A DNA stretch of 64,000 nucleotides, taken from contig CAXNIJ010000003.1 in assembly GCA_964202455.1 (NCBI GenBank), positions 43,352-107,351 of the forward strand, read 5' to 3'. The number at the start of each line of letters is the position of its first letter. The stretch's first letter is position 1. A program made the translations under genes and the position numbers. A model generated the notes under the pieces. The model was not told the origin of the DNA and ran no database searches. It saw only the letters and a list, made by a program, of their open reading frames with translations. This DNA is from Candidatus Pacearchaeota archaeon. GTDB lineage: Archaea > Nanobdellota > Nanobdellia > Pacearchaeales > GW2011-AR1. Positions 19,518 to 29,688 of this stretch are shown in pieces.

Positions 19518-20306
19518 TTACAAGCGATGATGTATTTTTAAGGCTTCTGGCATAGAGTCATATGCTCGAACAACAAATTTAAAAGGCGAGTTCAAAAGCC
19601 TAAGTCGTACTATACTAGTAAACATCTGAAATGGTACTTTTATAACATTCAATCTAGAATCCTTTTTGTCTTCCCAGATTGTCGGAATTTCTCTTACTCT
19701 AAATCCAGAAGTTTTCATTCTGTATAATACTTCAATATCAAAAGACCACTGTGTCAATCCAAGTTGAGGAATTACTTTCTCTAGAGATTTTGGGGTGAAA
19801 AGCTTTGCACCGCATTGAGTATCTGTAAAATGCAAAAATAGAATTCCTCTATTAAGCATATTAAATCCTCTGCTAAGAATTCTACGCAAAATCGTCTGTG
19901 GAGTCTTAACAATACTCCCTTTCATCCATCTACTTGCAATTACTCCATCCCATCCAGGCAAGGCATTTATTAAATCATAATATGCTCTAGGGGGAGTAGC
20001 ATTATCGGCATCAACAAATCCAATTCCATCATATTTTCCAGTCAACGCTTTCTTAAAACCCTCTATTGTAGCATATCCCTTCCCACCTTTAACTAAATCA
20101 AGATACCCAATATGTTTATTTTTTTTCGCAAATGATTTAACAACATTCAAAGTACCATCTTTAGTGTTATTGATTACAACGAACAGAGTATAATCTAGTT
20201 CTTTTTTCTTTACAAGCGCATCAAAATAGGAAGTATAAGCTTCAAGTGTCGTCCCAATACGTTTTTCTTCATTATAGGCAGGCATAATTATGGCTATTCT
20301 TTGCAT
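19518..20306 (-). CDS. dolichyl-phosphate hexose synthase-like GT2 (Dpm1/Alg5-like)
   Basis: 262 aa. Motifs: IAIIMPAYNEEKRI, GKGYA, FVDADN. Confidence 0.7.
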   Translation of the reverse strand: MQRIAIIMPAYNEEKRIGTTLEAYTSYFDALVKKKELDYTLFVVINNTKDGTLNVVKSFAKKNKHIGYLDLVKGGKGYATIEGFKKALTGKYDGIGFVDADNATPPRAYYDLINALPGWDGVIASRWMKGSIVKTPQTILRRILSRGFNMLNRGILFLHFTDTQCGAKLFTPKSLEKVIPQLGLTQWSFDIEVLYRMKTSGFRVREIPTIWEDKKDSRLNVIKVPFQMFTSIVRLRLLNSPFKFVVRAYDSMPEALKIHHRL

Positions 20307-20400
20307 GATTATAAATAGAATATCTAGTTTAAAATCTTGTGTGTGGTCTAAATATCATAAAAGGCAATATCTTTATATATCATTTATTCATCTTGGTGCA

Positions 20401-22332
20401 ATGGGCACATACGAAAAATGGCTTGATAAAATACTTGGAATTTTCTTCTCTACAGACAAAACTAGATTATACCTTCTACTTATAGTCATATTAGGTTTTA
20501 TCTTACGTCTAGTTGGAGCATTTAATCTAGGAGTCTCTGCAGACGACATGCATTTTAGTGTTCACGCAATAAATTTCTTAAATTCCGGGAAACTAATAAT
20601 TTACGATCAATCCGCATCTTTATGGTATTCAGTCACAGATATTTTTTATTCTATTTTCGGAGTTACTCAATTAGGTTCTAGATTTGCAGCAGCCCTGTTT
20701 GGAACACTATCTATTATTGCAATGTTCTGCCTCACACGTGAATTTTCAAACAATAAAGCGGCACTTATCTCTTCCCTACTTTTAGCAATTTCTCCATTTC
20801 ACATAAAATATACAATTTCTGAAATGGATGTAATGGCGATGTTTTTTGTTCTCATGGGTATGACTTTCTTTTTTAGAGGGTTAAAAAATGAAAAACAAAA
20901 TCTATTCATATTATCAGGTATTTCACTAGGATTAGCTTTATTCACTAAAGTCTATACTCTTCTCTTTGTACCTGTCCTAATAGTTTACGGCATTTATCAT
21001 CAAAGAACTATTAAGAAACCAATTTTATCTAAACATTTCATAAAACTCTTACTAATTTTCGTTCTCTGTGCAGGTATTTTCGCCTTACCAAGTTTAACTC
21101 ATAATTACTTACTCTACAAAGAAAAAGGAATAATGGATTTAATTTATACAAACGCTCTTGGAACAAATACTAGCGCCGGAAAAGGTATTTTGACTCACAC
21201 ATTACTTTCCCCATTATTTGACACGGATAAAGTATTCGCAAATGGGGCACAATATTACGCTTGGGACTCTGGATTTGGTCACGGAGCAGATTGGCACGGT
21301 TTCTTCTTAGGAAACTCAATGCATCTGGGAGGAGATCCAATACCCTCTTCAGTTTATGCATTTAAATTTATCTGGGAAAACGACCCTATAATTTTAGCAT
21401 TAGGGATTTTTGGAATTTTATTACTCTTAGTAAGGAAACAATATTCTTATCCGATATTCACAATTTTAGTTCTTCTTTTAGTCTTTATGTATCTTGCATC
21501 ACGTATTCTACTTGCAAAACATTACATTTTTCTACTTCTTTTATTCATTCCTCCAGCAAGCATAGCACTTTCAGCAATAGATGAAACTATCAAAAAATAT
21601 TTTAAGAAATTCAGACTTCGTTATTTGCTCATTATTCTCTTATTTTTCAGCTTTTATTGGCTAGGTTTTCATACACCCTTTACTCAAAGTCCATTCTATG
21701 TTCAAAGTGAAATAGGGCAACTAATGGCTTTCAAAGATAACAGTATTCCTCAGAATGCTTTAGTTCTTGCAGATTCTAGAATGTATCGCGGACAAATTCA
21801 TTGGACACTTCAAGGAAGAACCTATGCTGAAGCAGCATTACTTTCTCAAATAGTAGATGCATCACAGAAATCTGGAGGCGCAGTGCCAACCGAGACTTAT
21901 TTTATAGAATGTGCAGTAGATGATTGCGGGTGGGGAACTGTGAAAGACCAACCAGAATTTAATTCTAGTATGGAAAAAATAGTAGAAATCTTTAGTACGC
22001 AAGGAATTCTAAAGAAAGAAATTTTAAGCACTTCTTTTGAACATTCATATTTTCCATTCATTTCAAATCCAGAAACAGTTCATTTCAAAATTTACAAGGC
22101 AACAATTCCAATTAATCCTGCATTATATCCCTCACTAGAAAAGAACAAAGAATGGTTTCTTTATCCTATAGGATACGATGAATCTATTTCAATTCCATTT
22201 GACAAGTATTATCCTGCAACGCCATTGGATAGCTTAATAGATTTAATTGCACATTTTATTCAGTATATTGCAATATTTCTTGCATTTATCTTGGCAATAA
22301 TTTCTCTAATTTGGCTCATAGACTTATCATGA
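20401..22332 (+). CDS. GT-C membrane glycosyltransferase (ArnT/PMT-like)
   Basis: Polytopic membrane protein with a VSADDMHF loop. Start moved to ATG 20401 (MGTYEKW) to remove the overlap with the divergent gene. Confidence 0.6.
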   Translation: MGTYEKWLDKILGIFFSTDKTRLYLLLIVILGFILRLVGAFNLGVSADDMHFSVHAINFLNSGKLIIYDQSASLWYSVTDIFYSIFGVTQLGSRFAAALFGTLSIIAMFCLTREFSNNKAALISSLLLAISPFHIKYTISEMDVMAMFFVLMGMTFFFRGLKNEKQNLFILSGISLGLALFTKVYTLLFVPVLIVYGIYHQRTIKKPILSKHFIKLLLIFVLCAGIFALPSLTHNYLLYKEKGIMDLIYTNALGTNTSAGKGILTHTLLSPLFDTDKVFANGAQYYAWDSGFGHGADWHGFFLGNSMHLGGDPIPSSVYAFKFIWENDPIILALGIFGILLLLVRKQYSYPIFTILVLLLVFMYLASRILLAKHYIFLLLLFIPPASIALSAIDETIKKYFKKFRLRYLLIILLFFSFYWLGFHTPFTQSPFYVQSEIGQLMAFKDNSIPQNALVLADSRMYRGQIHWTLQGRTYAEAALLSQIVDASQKSGGAVPTETYFIECAVDDCGWGTVKDQPEFNSSMEKIVEIFSTQGILKKEILSTSFEHSYFPFISNPETVHFKIYKATIPINPALYPSLEKNKEWFLYPIGYDESISIPFDKYYPATPLDSLIDLIAHFIQYIAIFLAFILAIISLIWLIDLS

Positions 22333-23036
22333 AACTTTCCATATTAATTCCAGTATATGATGAAGAAAAAACAATTCTATTAATCTTAGAAAGAATAAAA
22401 GAAATTAAGCTTGAAATTAAAAAAGAAGTGATTATTGTCAACGACGGGAGTAAAGATAGTTCAAAAGTGATGATTGAAAATTTTTTAAAGAAAAATAAAT
22501 CTAGAAAAGATATTGAATGGAAATTCTATTCTAAAGTTAATGGTGGAAAAGGCTCAGCTATTCGTATGGCTCTTGAACATGCAACTGGAGATCTTGCAAT
22601 AATTCAAGATGCAGATTTAGAATATAAACCAGAAGAAATTGCAAATTTAATAAATCAATTACTAAAAAAAGAATCAGATGTAGTTTATGGTTCACGCATT
22701 CTAAATAGGAAAAACAAGACAGCATATATCTCGTATTACTTCGGCAATCGTTTTCTTAGTATCGTCACGAGCATTCTCTACGGAACACCTATCACAGATA
22801 TGGAGACCTGCTACAAGCTCATTCCTCTCAAAATATTCAAAGAACTCAATATCTCACGCAATAAATTCGACATCGAACCTGAAATAACTGGAAAAATTCT
22901 CAAAAAAGGATACAAAATTAAAGAAATTCCTATTACTTATCGCCCTCGTTCAAAAGAAGAAGGCAAGAAAATAGGTTGGATAGACGGACTGCAAGCTCTT
23001 TGGGTTTTATTTTCAATAAGATTAAAGAAAATCTAA
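22329..23036 (+). CDS. polyprenol-phosphate hexose synthase-like GT2 (Dpm1/GtrB-like)
   Basis: Motifs: MKLSILIPVYDEEKTI, VNDGSKDSS, GKGSA, IQDADLEY. An ATGA overlap joins it to the upstream GT-C gene. Confidence 0.75.
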   Translation: MKLSILIPVYDEEKTILLILERIKEIKLEIKKEVIIVNDGSKDSSKVMIENFLKKNKSRKDIEWKFYSKVNGGKGSAIRMALEHATGDLAIIQDADLEYKPEEIANLINQLLKKESDVVYGSRILNRKNKTAYISYYFGNRFLSIVTSILYGTPITDMETCYKLIPLKIFKELNISRNKFDIEPEITGKILKKGYKIKEIPITYRPRSKEEGKKIGWIDGLQALWVLFSIRLKKI

Positions 23037-23051
23037 TTTGGAGTATATGAT

Positions 23052-23073
23052 GTCAAGTAACTTGAAACTTGAC
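23052..23073. terminator. GTCAAGT/ACTTGAC hairpin between convergent genes
   Basis: 7-bp perfect stem (23052-23058 / 23067-23073) on the same CTTGAC core as the intergenic hairpin family. Confidence 0.35.
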
Positions 23074-23093
23074 TCGCTAAGTGGCGAAGCGAA

Positions 23094-24335
23094 CTAACTT
23101 GTCCAATCATTATCTAAGAAAGTAGTCGCCCACCATAAAAAACAAATACTCGATGTTAAAAATGCAAGAGAAAATTCTTGTAAATTACCAGAAAAGAAAA
23201 AAAGCAAGCCTATTTCAATTAAAAGAAATAAAACGGCAAATTCATATCCCCTCACTTTTCCTCTAGATAATTTATATAGAATAGTCATATTTGCAAGAGA
23301 AAGAAAGCTCATTCCAACCCCCATAGTAAACAGAATGGATCGAGAAAGTGGAGCAGATTTTCCAGATGAAATTGAAATAAGAACATCCGGGAAAAAGTAC
23401 ATAACGAACAATGCTACAAAGATGCATAATAGGAGCAAAATTAATGCATGTCTAAAAGTACTCGGATTTTTCTTCTTGTTTCCACTTTCTTCAACTGAAA
23501 GTGGGAACATAGCTTTCCCAATGGGGTAAGTTCCGAAAAATATTGTTTTTGCAAGAATTGCAGCTAGTGCATAATATCCTGCAGTTTCTGCATCAAATAC
23601 AATTTTTGCTATAAATATATCTAAGCTGTAAAAAGCAAGAACTGTAAATGTCAATATGAAGACTGGAAGAGAATATCCACGTATTCCTGGAGTTTTAGCA
23701 ATTTTTTCACGAGATTTAAATATCGACATAATACCCTTATCAAAGAATGAAAAAATCAAAGCTAAAAATACGCCAAGAACACTTGCAGTCATAGCTCCAT
23801 AAACGCTCCATCCCCAGATCACCAATATACATGCAAAGCTTAATTTAACAACCGACTCTATGATCATACTACTGCCCAGTCCAACAAAATTTTTCCTACC
23901 TTGCATCACTCCACGAGTGACTGGTAAAATAAATGAAGTAAATATCATTAGTCCCGTAATTAAAAATAAAGAATAATTTATTTTAAGAAGAGGAGAGAGA
24001 ATTATAGATAGTACGAGATATCCTAAAAAGAATAATGTAGAAGCTAAGATCGCTTTGTTAATTGATTTCTTTATAATATTTTTAAGTTTACCTAAATTTT
24101 TTTCACTAGAAGTGTATTTGGCAATAACCGTTTGAATAGATTCAGTAAATATTCCAAAGATATAGATTATTGAAAAAAGTGTGGCCACAATCCCATATTC
24201 GGCAACAGTAAGAAGATGAAGCATTGTAAAATGGAAGATATAGTTCAAGGCATTAAAGATACCAAAAGTAATCAGCAAAATAATACTTCCTCTTACAACT
24301 GGTTTATTCAATCTTTCAAATAAATAACTCTTCAT
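23094..24335 (-). CDS. oligosaccharide flippase (MOP/Wzx family)
   Basis: 413 aa with about 12 hydrophobic segments. It lies between AglH and the Dol-P-hexose synthase. Confidence 0.65.
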   Translation of the reverse strand: MKSYLFERLNKPVVRGSIILLITFGIFNALNYIFHFTMLHLLTVAEYGIVATLFSIIYIFGIFTESIQTVIAKYTSSEKNLGKLKNIIKKSINKAILASTLFFLGYLVLSIILSPLLKINYSLFLITGLMIFTSFILPVTRGVMQGRKNFVGLGSSMIIESVVKLSFACILVIWGWSVYGAMTASVLGVFLALIFSFFDKGIMSIFKSREKIAKTPGIRGYSLPVFILTFTVLAFYSLDIFIAKIVFDAETAGYYALAAILAKTIFFGTYPIGKAMFPLSVEESGNKKKNPSTFRHALILLLLCIFVALFVMYFFPDVLISISSGKSAPLSRSILFTMGVGMSFLSLANMTILYKLSRGKVRGYEFAVLFLLIEIGLLFFFSGNLQEFSLAFLTSSICFLWWATTFLDNDWTS

Positions 24336-25345
24336 GCAAGGAAAATACCTTCTTTAAAGAGAAAAAAACCAGTTATTATTACTATTAATTGAAAAATCCA
24401 TATCAGAAAGACGACGTTTTTTTCACTAGAACGAATTCCCATTTTCTTTAACACTCGAATAGAAAGATGTTCAAGACCATAAATTTTATCATATGGCTCG
24501 CTTAAAGTTCCATCTTTTTGCGGTTTTCCAAATGAATATTTCACAAGTTTCCCACGAGATTTAAGGATAGTTTCAATAATATATGGTATGAAAAAGAAAA
24601 CTGCAATCTTTTCAAAATTTCCAAGAATCGCTAATGCCGCGATCAAACTTCCAATAGCATAAGTCATGACATCTCCGGGAAATACTTGAGCAGGACAATA
24701 ATTGTAGAGTAAGAAAGCAATTAAAGAAGCAACCATACAAAATGCAATTACACTTAGCCAAGTGTGATGTGTTAAAAATGCAACAATTCCTAAAGCACTT
24801 AAAATCAAAATTCCTTGACCTGCTTCGAGTCCATTATATCCTGCCAAAAAATTATATGTGGATGTAGCCCCCATTACTCCAAATGGAATTGCTATAAGTG
24901 AATAAAAAATACCTATATTAATTGTACCAAATATCGGGAGACTTATATCTGATCGCCCAGCATTAATCGCAATTAAAGGAACGGCAACAAAAAGAAGGAC
25001 AGTCAAACGAGATTTTCTAGATAGCCCGCCAGATCTCCATCCTAAAAGGTCATCTATAAAACCAATTCCCGATGCTAAAACTACCACTAGGAGCAAAGCA
25101 AGAATTTCAGTAAGGTTTACTGCTTGAAGGAAGAAAGTTCTATAGGCTACATAAACTAAAGAGCCCAAAAGAAAACCTAACAACACCATAATCCCTCCTG
25201 AACCAGAGACTTTTTTTCTAATTTTCTTATTCATATCTTCCCATTGGAGCCCTATAGAACGCGCCTTTAAAATCCAAACTGGAAGGGTAAAAAAAGTAAT
25301 AATAAAACTCAGAACAATTGGCAGAATAATAATTAGTTCAGCCAT
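24332..25345 (-). CDS. aglH: UDP-HexNAc:dolichyl-phosphate HexNAc-1-phosphate transferase (GT4/MraY-WecA-Alg7 family)
   Basis: 337 aa and polytopic. Motifs: GFIDDLLG, NFLAGYNGLEAGQG, FPGDVMTY. Confidence 0.8.
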   Translation of the reverse strand: MAELIIILPIVLSFIITFFTLPVWILKARSIGLQWEDMNKKIRKKVSGSGGIMVLLGFLLGSLVYVAYRTFFLQAVNLTEILALLLVVVLASGIGFIDDLLGWRSGGLSRKSRLTVLLFVAVPLIAINAGRSDISLPIFGTINIGIFYSLIAIPFGVMGATSTYNFLAGYNGLEAGQGILILSALGIVAFLTHHTWLSVIAFCMVASLIAFLLYNYCPAQVFPGDVMTYAIGSLIAALAILGNFEKIAVFFFIPYIIETILKSRGKLVKYSFGKPQKDGTLSEPYDKIYGLEHLSIRVLKKMGIRSSEKNVVFLIWIFQLIVIITGFFLFKEGIFLA

Positions 25346-25346
25346 A

Positions 25347-28300
25347 TTATCGTGTTAATCTAGCATCGGGGAAGTTCTTCTGAAGATAAGTAGAATTAAT
25401 CTGCATGCCCTCCGGATAATGAATCTCCCATATACGAATTGGCCCTTGTACTCCTTGATAAAATACAATATCTCCAAGTTCAATATCTTTAATTTGAGGT
25501 TTAATTTGTTCAACAAACGGAGAGTCCTGAGTATGAACTAGTTTGAAATAAGGATCATCTAGCTTATAGAGATAGAGTCTAGCAAGTTGCGACCTTACTG
25601 TTTTACCGCTAAGATAAAGAAGTGCTCCGTCTTTTTCAAATCCAATTCCTTCACCTTGAGGTTGTAAATTATTCATAAAAAACACTCCAGCATCAATTCC
25701 ATTTCCAAAATCGTGCAAGGTATTGTTATAATAAGCATAACGTAGTGGCAAAGTGTCTTCTTTCTGTTGGTCTTTTTGTCTATAGAAGAAGATACCCTGA
25801 GGTTGACCAGCAATATTGCCAGAACGATCAACTTCAATATTTATTCCAATAACTCCCGAACGATCAGAAAGTAGAGATAGCGATTTACCGGTTCCGTTAG
25901 TCACATTTTCAGTATAGAAAATATCCATGTCATTGGGTATAATGGACTGATATTTCTGTCCACTAGGATAATAAGATACTAAAGTTCCATTTTTAACTTC
26001 TTTTATATCCGTAGAAGAGCGAACCATACTTTGTATCCAACTTCTCCTATCCCATGAAAGGTCAGAACCAATACTAGAGAAAGCAGTATATTTTCCAATA
26101 TCCGAAGAGTCAATTAAGAAATGAGTAGCCTTGTGAGTATATAAATAATTCAACGCTTCTCTTTCATCTCCATCTGGAGCAGTTAAACCATATCTCCCCA
26201 TCAAGTGATTCCAATACGGAATTGCGTTTCCTCCGTCTAGAACAGTTGCACGTTCACCTATTGATTGAACCCAATATCCATAGTCCCACCAATGACCAAA
26301 CACTGCATTTTGCGCAGTATTATCTCTCACCCAACTCATAGCTTTCTGCCATTGGAATGTATAAGAATAAGGCACGCTTCCTGCAGCTCCGCCCTTGCTT
26401 GCCTGATAGAATGAAAATGCTGAGAAAAGAGTAGACACTAGTATTAAAACCATTAAAATCAATCCCAATATCTTCAAACCATTTTTCTTTATCTTATAAG
26501 ATTTTAAACTCATAACTGCCAAGTACGCTACGATTATTGCAGCAGGTATTGCTAAAACCATGATAAGACGTACTGCGCCACGAGCCGAAACAATACTCAA
26601 AAAGAAAAAGGCAAAAATCATCACAAGACCAAAATTGAGAGTATAGTATCTTTCTTCTTTAGATATACAAAATAAACAAAAAGAAACAAAACAAAAAGCT
26701 GCAAGTCCAGAAAGGATCATAAAAATTGTAGAATCTTTAAAGAATAAAATCCAAATAAAGAATAATAAGAGAGATGATCCCGCAAGTTGATGGTATAAAT
26801 CAGATTTTCCAAGTTTAATGGATCCGGTTCGTCCAAGAACAAATAATAAAAGTAAAAATCCAGCGCCATAAATGAACAAACTGATAGGATTGGTTCCATT
26901 TAACATAGTGCCTTCACGATATCGGCTAAATATTAATGCGAAAAGAAACACAATGTATCCTGCACTCATAATAAGTTTCTCACTAGTTGAGAAAGATTTC
27001 ATTAAAGAATAAAAGAGAATCACTGATCCAAAAAAGAAAAGCCAAAAGAAAAGAGGAAATCTAGACCAAGAATCAATTGTAGGTTGTGAAACAGTAATTA
27101 AGCCAAAAGTTGAAAATGAAAAAAGATTATAGAATGAAGGTCCAAAATTTCCAGCCCATTCATCAAAGAAGGGCTGTCTATTTTCAGCAACAGTAACACC
27201 AAGTCTGTCGCTAGTAGGAGTTACAAGCTGATTAACAATTCCTTGAACTTTTCCTTGAATAAAATCGGGACCCATTAAGAGAGATCCGCAAATAATTAAA
27301 GCTACTGCAAACCCTAAAGCAATAATTTGTTTTGGAATATGATTCGCTTTACCTTTTTCACTGTATCGTTTTAATGGAGTATATGTAATGCAATAATGAA
27401 CTGCCAAAACAAAAAACATCAAAGAAGCAATTCCAGTTGTAGATGAAGTAATAAAGCCCATGAAATTATATCTTTCAGTGGATGCAGAAGTTAGACTAAT
27501 AGATCCCAAAAACCAAAGTCCGTAGACGAAAACCGAATGTCTATTTGCTTGACCTGCAAGAAAAGCAACGGCCACAGATAAACCAATGGTAATATAAATA
27601 TAAATAAATCCTCCCCAAACTAGGGCCATAATCGAAGTAGCCAAAGCTGAAAGAATGGCATACAAATATCTATTAAAGTTATTTTTAGCTTTCCAAGCTA
27701 AAAAGAAGTAATAAAATGAAAGGAACAAAAAGACAAGCGCACTAGCTTCTTTTTCAGGAATACCTGCAACAGTTCTAGGCAATAATACAGGTAAAACTGT
27801 CAAAAGAAAACAAGCAACAATTGCTATCGCGCTAGATGTATTTTCCCCAAGATCTTCTCTAAATAATTCTCTTACTAAAAAGTAAAACGCAATAACTGCT
27901 AAGGCAAACATAAATACTGGATAAATTACAGCAGAATATTCCACAGAGTTATTTCCAAAAGCAGTAGTAAGCTTATGAAACCAAGCCATCATATATGGGT
28001 GCAATACAAGTTCTTCTTTAGTCGAAAATCCTATCGGAACATAACGCATCATATCTATTCCGGCGAGAAAACCATTAGAGATTATGTCTTTTGACCATCT
28101 TAAAAACAGAAAAGGGTCTAAGTCGGGTCCAAGAGTCCAAGTATCTCGAGTAATATCCCATAAACCAGGTTTATTTGTTCCAGAGTTAATTTTCATTGGT
28201 AAAGTACGAATTTGAACAGATATCCAGACAATCCAAGCAAGAAGTGGATAGAAAACATATTTGTCCTTTTTATAAAAAACAAAAGCTGCAGAAATTGAGG

Positions 28301-28532
28301 CAAAAACTGCCAATAAAAACCAATCTAAAGAATTCAAAGAATAAATTATGGATGAAAAATTTGCTAAGGGTGCAAAACTAACTTTTCCAGGAGAAAGAAT
28401 TTCACTTTTAACCCAAAGGCAAAAAGCCAAAGAAAGTACAGCAAGGCTTAAAAAAAGAGAAAACAGGATGTCTCTTTTGAGAAAATCAATTATTTGTTTC
28501 TTTCGCTCTTGAATAAGTTTTTCTTCTTCCAT
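25347..28532 (-). CDS. aglB: archaeal oligosaccharyltransferase AglB (STT3 homologue)
   Basis: 1061 aa. It has a polytopic N-half and a soluble C-half with HWWDYGYW (WWDYG motif). Confidence 0.9.
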   Translation of the reverse strand: MEEEKLIQERKKQIIDFLKRDILFSLFLSLAVLSLAFCLWVKSEILSPGKVSFAPLANFSSIIYSLNSLDWFLLAVFASISAAFVFYKKDKYVFYPLLAWIVWISVQIRTLPMKINSGTNKPGLWDITRDTWTLGPDLDPFLFLRWSKDIISNGFLAGIDMMRYVPIGFSTKEELVLHPYMMAWFHKLTTAFGNNSVEYSAVIYPVFMFALAVIAFYFLVRELFREDLGENTSSAIAIVACFLLTVLPVLLPRTVAGIPEKEASALVFLFLSFYYFFLAWKAKNNFNRYLYAILSALATSIMALVWGGFIYIYITIGLSVAVAFLAGQANRHSVFVYGLWFLGSISLTSASTERYNFMGFITSSTTGIASLMFFVLAVHYCITYTPLKRYSEKGKANHIPKQIIALGFAVALIICGSLLMGPDFIQGKVQGIVNQLVTPTSDRLGVTVAENRQPFFDEWAGNFGPSFYNLFSFSTFGLITVSQPTIDSWSRFPLFFWLFFFGSVILFYSLMKSFSTSEKLIMSAGYIVFLFALIFSRYREGTMLNGTNPISLFIYGAGFLLLLFVLGRTGSIKLGKSDLYHQLAGSSLLLFFIWILFFKDSTIFMILSGLAAFCFVSFCLFCISKEERYYTLNFGLVMIFAFFFLSIVSARGAVRLIMVLAIPAAIIVAYLAVMSLKSYKIKKNGLKILGLILMVLILVSTLFSAFSFYQASKGGAAGSVPYSYTFQWQKAMSWVRDNTAQNAVFGHWWDYGYWVQSIGERATVLDGGNAIPYWNHLMGRYGLTAPDGDEREALNYLYTHKATHFLIDSSDIGKYTAFSSIGSDLSWDRRSWIQSMVRSSTDIKEVKNGTLVSYYPSGQKYQSIIPNDMDIFYTENVTNGTGKSLSLLSDRSGVIGINIEVDRSGNIAGQPQGIFFYRQKDQQKEDTLPLRYAYYNNTLHDFGNGIDAGVFFMNNLQPQGEGIGFEKDGALLYLSGKTVRSQLARLYLYKLDDPYFKLVHTQDSPFVEQIKPQIKDIELGDIVFYQGVQGPIRIWEIHYPEGMQINSTYLQKNFPDARLTR

Positions 28533-28595
28533 CTTTATTCTCTAACATTGCGTATGAAGAGTATATAAAGGTTTCACACATAACATCAAATTAGC

Positions 28596-28768
28596 GTCAG
28601 TGTCACAAAACCCTCTGGTTTTGACCTCGGCTTTTAAGCCGAGGCTTGTTTGTGGTTTTGCGGCCGCCGGAGAAATCTGCAGCAAAAGAACCGCGGAATA
28701 AATCCTCAAAGACAAAGTCTTTGACGGTCGTCAAGAACTCTGTTCTTGAGATCCGAGGATTTCTACGA
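28596..28768. ncRNA. GC-enriched structured element A (hairpin-chain family), class unknown
   Basis: Perfect hairpins: CCTCGGC/GCCGAGG (28625-28644), TCAAAGAC/GTCTTTGA (28706-28724) and TCAAGAAC/GTTCTTGA (28731-28749). A closing AAATCCTC/GAGGATTT pair is at 28700-28707 / 28755-28762. GGTTTTG occurs twice and either copy can pair with CAAAACC. Confidence 0.4.
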
Positions 28769-28771
28769 GCG

Positions 28772-29632
28772 TTAAAATAATTGAGGAGTAATCCACACTT
28801 CAATAATTCCAGCAAATAAAAGAACAACAATAGAGACCAATACTAAACTTAAAGAATCTTCTAAAACTTCCCAAAACTTTTCAGTTCCCCACTCATGTCT
28901 AATAACTGCAGTTGAAACAATTCCCCCAGCAAGAGCAACAATAAAATAAGCCGCTATTTCAGGGAGACCATGAATCATATATCTTGCAAGTCCCAGGGGT
29001 AAAGCGGAAATTTGAGATTTTGCAAAAATTCCTATAGCTGCAGCAATAACACTAGCATTCCAAGCAAGAATAAAAATTGCTCCGGCACCAAATATGAGCG
29101 AAAAAATAAGAGTGACCATCAAAACCGAAAGATTGTTGGAAAAAATTGCTTTAAATCTCTCACTATCTGAGTAAACATTAGCGTTGATAATTCCAGGATT
29201 CTTAATCCCATATTGAGAAACACATTGGTTAAAATTAGAAGGCCTATTAATCGCACAGAAAGTTTCAATTTGAACCTGAAAACTATTAGAAGAAGGAAGA
29301 GCAACATACCAAAAAGAGAAAGCGATTACAAATCCTAAAAACAACCAAAGAAAAGCATAAATTGCAAGTCTATGTTCGCCTAAGAGTGTCTTCATACTTT
29401 TATTTAAAGTAACTTTTCTTTCTTCATATCTTATTATAAAATACATAAAAGGAAGAGAAAACATTACGGTAAAAGTAACGACGAGAAGTCCAGAATATCT
29501 AGATAATACTGCATCACTAGAGAACATCCAATGTACAAGTAGGAGAGATATACTCGCGTAAAAAACTCCTACAAAAAAAAGTTCCCATGGTCGCCTCTCG
29601 GCTTTTTTCGGACTTAATAACATTTCAAACAT
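28772..29632 (-). CDS. SpoIIM-like (DUF95) membrane protein
   Basis: 286 aa with about 6 TM segments. It has a GLPEIAAYFIV motif. Confidence 0.55.
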   Translation of the reverse strand: MFEMLLSPKKAERRPWELFFVGVFYASISLLLVHWMFSSDAVLSRYSGLLVVTFTVMFSLPFMYFIIRYEERKVTLNKSMKTLLGEHRLAIYAFLWLFLGFVIAFSFWYVALPSSNSFQVQIETFCAINRPSNFNQCVSQYGIKNPGIINANVYSDSERFKAIFSNNLSVLMVTLIFSLIFGAGAIFILAWNASVIAAAIGIFAKSQISALPLGLARYMIHGLPEIAAYFIVALAGGIVSTAVIRHEWGTEKFWEVLEDSLSLVLVSIVVLLFAGIIEVWITPQLF

Positions 29633-29688
29633 TTTATTTTTTTATACCTCAAACAGTTTAAAGCACGATCTTTCCCTTATATAGTTTA

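Noticed and set aside
20290-20400. N-terminal 37-codon extension of the GT-C gene (track start 20290)
   Set aside because: It overlaps the divergent Dol-P-hexose synthase gene start and is non-hydrophobic junk-like sequence. ATG 20401 gives a normal N-terminus.
28596-28768. Element A as SRP RNA or RNase P RNA
   Set aside because: It is too short. It lacks the helix-8 GGAA/AGCA arrangement in a convincing register and lacks RNase P CR-I/CR-V motifs. CCGGAGAAATCTGCAGCAAAAG only loosely resembles the SRP motif.
28603-28830. 75-aa minus-strand ORF across element A
   Set aside because: It spans the palindrome-rich GC element and overlaps the 3' end of the SpoIIM-like gene. The translation is Arg/Leu-rich and lacks any motif, so the region is better explained as structured non-coding sequence.
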